From a bacterium (GTDB lineage: Bacteria; Hinthialibacterota; Hinthialibacteria; Hinthialibacterales; Hinthialibacteraceae): a stretch of 13,523 nt of DNA. The DNA is taken from the NCBI GenBank assembly GCA_041946805.1, contig JBHGBC010000164.1, positions 1-13,523 of the forward strand, read 5' to 3'. The position numbers and the translations under genes are program-made. Under the pieces are notes generated by a model. That model was not told the DNA's origin. It saw only the letters and a list, made by a program, of their open reading frames with translations, and made no database searches. The number at the start of each line of letters is the position of its first letter. Within the stretch, counting starts at the first letter, position 1. Below are positions 7,065 through 13,523 of this stretch, one piece after another.

Positions 7065-7964
7065 ATGACTCAAACCCGAAGAACTTTTTTGGCGAGCAGC
7101 ACCTGGCTCGGCGCGGGAATGCTGGCCGGGGCATCCACGGCCAAGGCCGCCGCGCCGATCAATCCCGCCGGCAAACCGGGCGTTTTGAATTTCTCCTGCC
7201 AGGAAGGCATCATCCCAGGCAAGACGCTGGGGGAGAAACTCGACAAGATGGAAGAGTGGGGATTCGTGGGCATCGAGCCGGGCGGTGGAGGCCTGGCCAA
7301 GCGTGTCAACGAGTACCAGGAAGCGCTGAAGGGCCGCAACATCAAGGTCAGCGCCATCTGCGCCGGCTTCCGAGGTGTGCCCGTCTCCGAATTCCCCAAC
7401 GAGCGCAAGGAAGCGATGGAGTCCATGAAGCAGATTTTGGACGCCGCCGGGCAACTCGGCTCCACCGGCCTGATTTTCGTGCCCGCCTTCAACAGCCAGA
7501 GCCAGGCGGGACTGGTGGCCGCGCGCTTCATGCTGTTGGATTTCTTGCACGAAATCGTCGATCACGCCCAGAAAGCGGGCACCCGCATGCTGCTCGAGCC
7601 CCTGAACCGCCACGAAACGTGGTATGTCCGCCAGTTGTCGGACGCCGCGAAAATCTGCCAGGAAATCAACCATCCCGCCGTGGCCATGATGGGCGACTTC
7701 TACCACATGGGCATGGAGGAAGCCTGCGAATATTCGGCGTTTCTCTCCGCCCGCCAATATCTGCATCACGTGCACCTGGCCAGCCGCCCGAGCCGCAAGC
7801 AGCCCGGCTTCGACGCCAACGACGACTTCCGCCCCGGTTTCCGCGCCCTCAAGGAGATCGGCTATCAGGACTATTGCAGCTTCGAGTGCGGCATCGAGGG
7901 CAAACCCGAAGTGGAAATCCCCAAGATGATGGTGTTCCTCAAGCAGCAGTGGGATGAAGCGTAA
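7065..7964 (+). CDS. Tat-exported sugar phosphate isomerase/epimerase (xylose isomerase-like TIM barrel, AP_endonuc_2)
   Basis: Start moved to ATG 7065 (GGAGG at 7053-7057; MTQTRRTFL Tat motif). Motifs LEPLNRHE, GDFYHM, HVHLA, SFEC. Confidence 0.92.
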   Translation: MTQTRRTFLASSTWLGAGMLAGASTAKAAAPINPAGKPGVLNFSCQEGIIPGKTLGEKLDKMEEWGFVGIEPGGGGLAKRVNEYQEALKGRNIKVSAICAGFRGVPVSEFPNERKEAMESMKQILDAAGQLGSTGLIFVPAFNSQSQAGLVAARFMLLDFLHEIVDHAQKAGTRMLLEPLNRHETWYVRQLSDAAKICQEINHPAVAMMGDFYHMGMEEACEYSAFLSARQYLHHVHLASRPSRKQPGFDANDDFRPGFRALKEIGYQDYCSFECGIEGKPEVEIPKMMVFLKQQWDEA

Positions 7965-8006
7965 AAACATCCAGGCATTGATTCTTCTGGAATTTTGAGT
8001 TGTATG

Positions 8007-8034
8007 ATATCCTGCCACGGCAGGATATTTTTTT
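8007..8034 (+). terminator. Probable intrinsic terminator (or operator palindrome)
   Basis: ATATCCTGC-cacg-GCAGGATAT followed by TTTTTT, about 40 nt after the isomerase stop. Confidence 0.65.
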
Positions 8035-8049
8035 GGACTGAGGTTGACC

Positions 8050-9237
8050 ATGCGGTTCGAGCGCAAGGGAGAAAGCCCTTTTCACCCGGGACAGCCGGTT
8101 CCCGTGGATCTCTTTGTCGGACGCCAAAATGAAATCGACCGGATCAACCGCGCGGCCGGCCAGGTCGTTTATGGAAAGCCCCAGGCGGTTTATATCATGG
8201 GGGAATACGGCATCGGGAAAACCTCCCTGGCACGTCTTGTCCGGGTGATGGCGGAAGCGGATGCCGGCCTCTGTGGCTTCCACGTTATGCTGGGTGAAAA
8301 GAATTCCCTGGACGGCCTGGCCATGGCCACCGTGGAGGCGATCCTCCAATCTGACGCCGTCCGGCAATCAACCTCCAGCAAGATACGCGATTTTGTGAGT
8401 ATGTATATTGGAGAGCAAACCTTGTTCGGGATGACTCTCCGGCTCGATAAATTGAAAAAAGACGCGCCTTCCATCCAACAAGGTTTTTTGCCTTTCTTGC
8501 GTTCCATTCACCAATCACTCGGTCTCCGGTATAAAGGATTGATTCTCATTCTGGATGAGATCAACGGGATCGCCAGCCAGCCGGAATTCGCCTTATTTCT
8601 GAAGCGCCTGGTGGATGAAAACGCGGTCAGTGGCGCTCCCGTGCCTCTTCTCCTTATCGTTTGCGGGACACAAGAGAGGTATGGTGAAATCGTCAAACAC
8701 CATCGCCCCGTGGAACGGATTTTCGACATCGCCCTCATCGAGGCCATGAGCCAGGAAGAGCGATCTTCGTTCTTCGATAAGGCCTTTCAGAAGGTGAACA
8801 TGCAGGTGGACAAGGAAGCGATGCCGATTCTTTGTGACTTTTCCGGCGGCCTTCCCCGCTTGATGCATCTGTTGGGTGATAACGCATTTTGGATCTCTCA
8901 GCAAAACATTGTGGATGAGAGCACTGCAAGGAAAGCTGTTATCGCCTCTGCTGAAGAAGTGGGAAGGAAATTCGTTGATCAACAAGTTTACAAGGATCTA
9001 AGAAGCGAGAATTATAGAAGTATCCTAAAAAAATTGGCGCTCTTTGATTTTAGTCTGGAATTCAAAAAAAGCGATATCGCGAAACAGTTGAACGAGGAAG
9101 AGAAGAAAAAATTCAACAATTTCTTGCAGCGGATGAAAAAACTCGATGTTTTAGGTCCTGGAAAAAATCGTGGAGAATATAAATTCCGGGAAAGCTTGAC
9201 GCGCTTGTATATCTATATGAAATCTATTGATGAATAA
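8050..9237 (+). CDS. P-loop ATPase (AAA_16 / archaeal-ATPase / STAND-like) with probable C-terminal winged helix
   Basis: SPFHPG..FVGRQNEI, Walker A GEYGIGKT, Walker B ILILDE, SGGLPRLM. GAGG RBS at 8040-8043 favours ATG 8050. Confidence 0.88.
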   Translation: MRFERKGESPFHPGQPVPVDLFVGRQNEIDRINRAAGQVVYGKPQAVYIMGEYGIGKTSLARLVRVMAEADAGLCGFHVMLGEKNSLDGLAMATVEAILQSDAVRQSTSSKIRDFVSMYIGEQTLFGMTLRLDKLKKDAPSIQQGFLPFLRSIHQSLGLRYKGLILILDEINGIASQPEFALFLKRLVDENAVSGAPVPLLLIVCGTQERYGEIVKHHRPVERIFDIALIEAMSQEERSSFFDKAFQKVNMQVDKEAMPILCDFSGGLPRLMHLLGDNAFWISQQNIVDESTARKAVIASAEEVGRKFVDQQVYKDLRSENYRSILKKLALFDFSLEFKKSDIAKQLNEEEKKKFNNFLQRMKKLDVLGPGKNRGEYKFRESLTRLYIYMKSIDE

Positions 9238-10162
9238 GACTTCATTGAAAACCTCACCCTACCGCATCCCCGATCCTTCCCACTGGCCCGGCCGGTGGAT
9301 TGACCAGATCGTCGCCGGCGACGCCTTGGCTACGTTGCGCCAACTGCCGGACGAATGCGTGGCCTTGGCGGTCACCAGCCCCCCTTACTGGAACGTGATC
9401 GACTATGCCACTCCGGGGCAAATCGGCCACAGCGCCTATGAGCAATACCTGGAAGACCTGCTGGCGGTTTGGAGGGAAACGTACCGGGTGTTGATACCCA
9501 ACGGCAAACTGGCTATCGTCACCCCCATCATGCCCATTCCCAAAAAAGTGATGAATAGCCAGCACACCCGCCATCTCAAAAACATCTGCTCCGACATCGA
9601 GCAGACCATCCTCGCCGGCGTTCCCGGATTCCACCGTTTCAGCCTGTTCGTCTGGCAGAAGCAAACTACCGTCAAGATGTTTGGCAGCTACCCTTATCCA
9701 CCGAATCTATACGAAGACAACACCATCGAGTTCATCAACGTCTTCGTGAAGGACGGCCCGCCGCCACCCATCGCCAAGGAAGCCAAGGAAGTCAGCCGGA
9801 TAACCCAGGCCGAGTGGCGCAACCTCACCATGCAGGTATGGCCCATCTATCCCGCCGATGTGACCCGTTCCGGCGGCCATCCCTGCCCGTTTCCGACAGC
9901 CTTGCCGCTGCGGCTGATCTGGATGTACACCTTCCGGCGCGCCCCCGAAGCCGGATTCGAGGGCGACATCGTTCTCGATATGTTCAACGGCACGGGCGCG
10001 ACAACCCTCGCCGCCCAGGCCGCCGGGAGAAACTTCATGGGCATCGAACTGAATCCGGATTACTGCGCCGTTGCTCAGAAGCGCCTGGAAAACGAATCCC
10101 TTGATCCTTCCACCATCCTGCTGGAGTTCGTCAAGGTCAAAAATCCCCGACCCAGCCGGTGA
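9230..10162 (+). CDS. DNA methyltransferase, N4-cytosine/N6-adenine, beta class
   Basis: Motif IV VTSPPYW precedes HPCPFP and motif I VLDMFNGTGAT, then GIELNPDY. ATG 9230 overlaps the ATPase end by 8 nt. Confidence 0.95.
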   Translation: MNKTSLKTSPYRIPDPSHWPGRWIDQIVAGDALATLRQLPDECVALAVTSPPYWNVIDYATPGQIGHSAYEQYLEDLLAVWRETYRVLIPNGKLAIVTPIMPIPKKVMNSQHTRHLKNICSDIEQTILAGVPGFHRFSLFVWQKQTTVKMFGSYPYPPNLYEDNTIEFINVFVKDGPPPPIAKEAKEVSRITQAEWRNLTMQVWPIYPADVTRSGGHPCPFPTALPLRLIWMYTFRRAPEAGFEGDIVLDMFNGTGATTLAAQAAGRNFMGIELNPDYCAVAQKRLENESLDPSTILLEFVKVKNPRPSR

Positions 10163-10273
10163 GGGAAAAGCCGAGGCGGCTTGGCCTTCCAGGCCATGCG
10201 AGGCCGATTCACGGGCAGGAAGGCCGTCCCATTTCCTCCTCACGTCCCGGACGCTTACTTTCCCTCCCGGGTA

Positions 10274-10282
10274 TGGTATAGT
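10274..10282 (+). promoter_or_regulatory. Possible extended -10 promoter of the nfeD-flotillin operon
   Basis: TG-g-TATAGT about 60 nt upstream of ATG 10343; only a weak -35 (TTACTT). Confidence 0.4.
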
Positions 10283-10342
10283 GCCATTCCAGAATTGGCG
10301 TTGCAAATCCACCCAACCACGACACGCGAAAGGAGCCCAGCC

Positions 10343-10978
10343 ATGGCCGAATGGTGGAGCGCCTGGGGAGCATGGTGGCAGTTGATGACAATCGAGTTGC
10401 ATATCTTTTACCTCATTGCCGTCACTTCCACTCTCATCTTACTCATGCAAACCTTCCTGATGCTGATCTTCGGCGGCGATGGAGACATCGGCGGCGGCGA
10501 CGTTCCGGACACCGATGGGGTGGGGGATACGGCGCATGGTGGTGATATCCACCTGCTTTCCGTGCGATCCGTAACCGCCTTCTTGATGGGATTCGGCTGG
10601 ACGGGAGTCATCTGCCTGAAACGGGATCTTCCGCTGGAGACCGCTATTCTCTATGCGCTGGGAGTGGGCGCGCTGTTCATGGCCGGCATTTATTACATGA
10701 TGAGAACGCTGTACAACCTGCGCGACAGCGGGAACATCGATTATCACAACGCCGTGGGGCAGATCGGAACGGTCTACGTGCCCATCCCCCCCGCCCAATC
10801 CGCCGCCGGGCAGATCGAGGTGATGATCCAGGGGCGGGTCCGCTTCGTGGACGCCTTCACGAACCATCCGGAAAAAATCAAAAGCACCACGCGCGTCAAG
10901 GTATTGGCCGTGATCGATTCGGGCACCGTGCTGGTGGAACCGCTCCACGCGCCGGACCCCGATAGTCAGGAGGGATAA
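10343..10978 (+). CDS. NfeD-like membrane protein (short type, flotillin partner)
   Basis: AGGAG RBS supports ATG 10343. Three hydrophobic segments, a D/G-rich loop, and a C-terminal OB-like region VGQIGTVYVPIP..GQIEVMIQGR..VKVLAV..VLVEP. Lies 6 nt upstream of the flotillin gene. Confidence 0.88.
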   Translation: MAEWWSAWGAWWQLMTIELHIFYLIAVTSTLILLMQTFLMLIFGGDGDIGGGDVPDTDGVGDTAHGGDIHLLSVRSVTAFLMGFGWTGVICLKRDLPLETAILYALGVGALFMAGIYYMMRTLYNLRDSGNIDYHNAVGQIGTVYVPIPPAQSAAGQIEVMIQGRVRFVDAFTNHPEKIKSTTRVKVLAVIDSGTVLVEPLHAPDPDSQEG

Positions 10979-10984
10979 TACATT

Positions 10985-12736
10985 ATGGAATGGTTGGTTT
11001 TGATCTTTGGGGCGGTTCTGGTCTTCTTCGTCACCTTGTTCAGTTTCGCTTCGCGTTTCAAGCGGTGCCCATCCGACAAGATCCTGGTGGTGTATGGCAA
11101 GATCAGCGGCGGGAAGAGGCTGGGCGAAGGCGGATTGTCGGCCAAGTGTTATCATGGCGGTGGAACGTTCATCTGGCCCATCATCCAGGATTACGCCTAC
11201 CTGGACCTCACGCCGATGCCCATCGACATCAAACTCGAGGGCGCGCTGTCGCAGCAGAACATCCGTGTCAACACCCCCTCCACCTTTACCGTGGGCATCT
11301 CCACCGAACCGGGGATCATGGAGAACGCCGCCGAGCGCCTGCTGGGGCTCTCCATCAATGAAATCCAGGAGTTGGCCAAGGACATCATCTTCGGGCAGTT
11401 GCGCGTGGTCATCGCCACCATGCCCATCGAGCAGATCAACGCCGACCGCGAGAAACTGATCGAAAACATCTACAACGGCGTGGAGGTCGAGCTCAAGAAG
11501 ATCGGCCTGCGGCTCATCAACGTCAACATCCAGGACATCACCGACGCTTCCGGTTACATCGACGCGCTGGGGAAAGAGGCGGCGGCGCGGGCCATCAACG
11601 AAGCCAAGATCAAGGTGGCCGAGCAGGAACGGGACGGCGAGACCGGCAAGGCGGTGGCCGAACGCGATCAGCGCATCAGCGTCGCCAACGCCAACGCCAC
11701 GGCGGTGGAGGGCGAAAACCAAGCGGCGGTGCGCATCGCCCAATCCAGCGCCCAACGCCGCGAGAAGGAGGCGGAGGCTGAACGGATTGCCACCGCGGCC
11801 GAGAAAGTCAAGCACGCCCAAGCCCTCGCCGAGGCCTACCAGGCCGAAATGAAGGCCGAAATGGAACGCGCCAAGCGCGAAGAGGCCACCCAAACCGCCA
11901 ACATCGTGGTCCCCGCGCAGATCGAAAAACGCCGCATCGAAACGCTCGCCGAGGCCGACGCCGAGAAGATACGGCGGACCAAGAAGGGCGAGGCCGACGG
12001 CATCCTGTCCATGATGCAAGCCGAGGCGGATGGTCTCAAGGCCATCCTCACCCGCAAGGCGGAAGGCTTCGCGCAGATCGTGCAATCGTGCGGCGGTTCA
12101 CCCGAGCAAGCCGCCCTGATACTCATCACCGAACAGCTGCCCAAACTGGTGGAAGAGCAGGTCAAGGCGATTTCCAACCTGAAGATCGATTCGGTCACCG
12201 TTTGGGACAGCGGAAGACAAGGCGATGGTAAAACCAAAACCGCCGAATTCGTGTCCGGCCTGGCGGGCTCGCTCCCTCCCCTGCACGATCTCACCCGCAA
12301 CGTGGGCATCCTCCTGCCGGAGTTCCTGGGCAAACTGGTGGACAATCCCCACGCGCCTTCCCCGGCTCCCACCATCGTGGAAAAAGCCGCCGCCCTGGCG
12401 CCGGAACTGGAAATCCGGAACAAAATCCAGGAGTGGCTGAAACTGAATTTCGAGACGGTTACGAATTATGCATTGAACCAGGAGATCCGCCTGGATCCTT
12501 CCCGGGTCGACGAGCTGACCCACCTCGTCCTCTTCTGGGCGGCCAAAACCCGCGATGCCGGCTCCCGCTGGTTCCACTCCTTGGGCGTGGTCACGGGACC
12601 CATGACCTGGGCGGAACTCGTCAAAACGCTGAAAGGCCAGGGCAAAACCTTTATCCGGTTGGAGGAATCGGAGATCTGGCTGCCCTACGAGCTCATCCTC
12701 TCCACCGTCAAGCACCAGGACAAGAAGGGGAAGTGA
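10985..12736 (+). CDS. Flotillin / SPFH (band 7) protein with C-terminal extension
   Basis: N-terminal TM helix, SPFH domain (GGGTFIWPIIQ, AAERLLG, IGLRLINVNIQDITD), long AE-rich coiled coil, and IDSVTVWD..PPLHDL..LPEFLGK. Confidence 0.95.
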   Translation: MEWLVLIFGAVLVFFVTLFSFASRFKRCPSDKILVVYGKISGGKRLGEGGLSAKCYHGGGTFIWPIIQDYAYLDLTPMPIDIKLEGALSQQNIRVNTPSTFTVGISTEPGIMENAAERLLGLSINEIQELAKDIIFGQLRVVIATMPIEQINADREKLIENIYNGVEVELKKIGLRLINVNIQDITDASGYIDALGKEAAARAINEAKIKVAEQERDGETGKAVAERDQRISVANANATAVEGENQAAVRIAQSSAQRREKEAEAERIATAAEKVKHAQALAEAYQAEMKAEMERAKREEATQTANIVVPAQIEKRRIETLAEADAEKIRRTKKGEADGILSMMQAEADGLKAILTRKAEGFAQIVQSCGGSPEQAALILITEQLPKLVEEQVKAISNLKIDSVTVWDSGRQGDGKTKTAEFVSGLAGSLPPLHDLTRNVGILLPEFLGKLVDNPHAPSPAPTIVEKAAALAPELEIRNKIQEWLKLNFETVTNYALNQEIRLDPSRVDELTHLVLFWAAKTRDAGSRWFHSLGVVTGPMTWAELVKTLKGQGKTFIRLEESEIWLPYELILSTVKHQDKKGK

Positions 12737-12760
12737 GGATCATCCGGCGGGATTGATTTA

Positions 12761-13022
12761 TCGTCTATACGGTAAGTGCATACTTTTTCTACAAGGTTTG
12801 CCACGCCATCCCATCGAACCAGCTGGAGATAACAACCCCCAAGTTCCTCTCTCTGGGAAGGCGGATTGGATACGGAAAACCTTTTTCACCGCGCCGGGCC
12901 GCTCTGAAATTTGTTGGCGTCTCAACTTTATGGAAGTCCCCTTCAGGGGACGGCTTTACAACAGCCCAGGGGGTCAACCCTGGGCCAAGGTCGTCGGCGG
13001 TCCGCACTTGTGGGATGAACCT
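12761..13022. mobile_element. MITE-like element, copy 3 (GATTTA target-site duplication)
   Basis: Right TIR GTCCGCACTTGTGGGATGAACCT (13000-13022). Degenerate left TIR TCGTCTATACGGTAAGTGCATAC (12761-12783; 15/23 to the copy 1 TIR and followed by the same T-run). GATTTA at 12755-12760 and 13023-13028. Confidence 0.65.
12935..12985 (-). repeat. Double-hairpin REP-like module
   Basis: GTCCCC-ttca-GGGGAC and GCCCAGGG-ggtcaa-CCCTGGGC; inverted copy of 5099-5149. Confidence 0.85.
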
Positions 13023-13042
13023 GATTTATCCAAACGGCTCGA

Positions 13043-13411
13043 TCAAGACTCGGGAATCGGTGTCGTCAGGGCCAATTTTTGAGCCACCAACGCGTTGAGC
13101 GAGATGCCGGCCTGGGCGGCTTCCATGGCCAGCGCCCGGTGTATCCGTTTATCAATCCGGACATTAAACTGCCCGGAATAATTCTTGTTCGCGGGCGCGA
13201 GGGGAACCGGCTCGCAATGTTTCTGGTAACTTTCCTTCACGCCTTGCCAGGCCGTTTCAAGTTCCCGCAAGGCTTCCTCGGGTGTATCGGCGAAGGCGGA
13301 GACGTTAGGCAGTTCCAAGAGATAGGCCAACCAGTCTCCATCCTCATCCAAGAGAAGACCCGCGGTAAATCCATCGAAATCGGGTTTAGGATAAATGACT
13401 TTCTTTTTCAT
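13043..13411 (-). CDS. hicB: HicB family antitoxin with C-terminal ribbon-helix-helix
   Basis: WLAYLLELPNVSAFADTPEEALREL..PVP, followed by YSGQFNVRIDKRIHRALAMEAAQAGISLNALV. Confidence 0.93.
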   Translation of the reverse strand: MKKKVIYPKPDFDGFTAGLLLDEDGDWLAYLLELPNVSAFADTPEEALRELETAWQGVKESYQKHCEPVPLAPANKNYSGQFNVRIDKRIHRALAMEAAQAGISLNALVAQKLALTTPIPES

Positions 13412-13469
13412 GGCGGTTACAAAACTGTTTCACCTGATAACTTTTGGCTTTCCCATCTTTCATGGGCTG
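13386..13469 (-). pseudogene. hicA: 3' remnant of a HicA-family toxin gene
   Basis: Translates QPMKDGKAKSYQVKQF..., resembling the HicA C-terminal Q..GKAKPYQVKQ motif directly upstream of hicB. An in-frame TGA lies upstream at 13493-13491. Confidence 0.75.
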
Positions 13470-13493
13470 ACGGAACGGCAAAAAGTCTCCTCA

Positions 13494-13517
13494 TGGTGGT
13501 GCAGACATCTTGTCTGC
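13494..13517 (+). repeat. GTGG-type REP-like hairpin
   Basis: TGGTGGT-GCAGACA-tct-TGTCTGC; same family as 3888-3912 in inverted orientation, with a compensatory stem change. Confidence 0.75.
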
Positions 13518-13523
13518 GCAAAA

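Noticed and set aside
6999..8066. 355-aa antisense ORF and 303-aa alternate-frame ORF (7046-7957)
   Set aside because: Shadow frames of the isomerase gene with Arg/Gly/Pro-biased composition.
8050..10162. Classical type II/III restriction-modification system
   Set aside because: No endonuclease or SF2 helicase motifs in the ATPase or its neighbours.
10181..10342. N-terminal extension of the NfeD-like ORF
   Set aside because: The AGGAG RBS and promoter candidate favour ATG 10343.
10439..12085. 548-aa minus-strand ORF
   Set aside because: Antisense shadow of the GC-rich nfeD/flotillin genes; no recognisable motifs.
12753..13082. Short ORFs between flotillin and hicB
   Set aside because: They coincide with MITE copy 3 and REP hairpins, with no RBS or motif support.

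Overview
GC-rich bacterial chromosomal window with eleven protein-coding genes and unusually long, repeat-packed intergenic spacers. In order: an RsbW-like anti-sigma kinase on the minus strand that runs off the left edge and is missing from the ORF track; a 454-aa probable six-hairpin enzyme; a FAH-family protein with a Sec signal; a Tat metallophosphoesterase; hemB; a Tat TIM-barrel sugar isomerase/epimerase; a P-loop ATPase overlapping a beta-class N4/N6 DNA methyltransferase with no nuclease; an nfeD-flotillin pair whose flotillin has an extra C-terminal domain; and hicB preceded by a decayed hicA fragment. The spacers hold at least five repeat families, some nested: a MITE-like element (23-bp TIRs, 6-bp TSDs, variable palindromic cargo), BoxC-like palindromes, GTAG/GTGG REP-like hairpins, a ~180-bp composite repeat flanking hemB, and a REPIN-like doublet with compensatory stems. 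No transposase, RNA gene or CRISPR array was seen. Family assignments come from motif recognition by eye, not from database searches.
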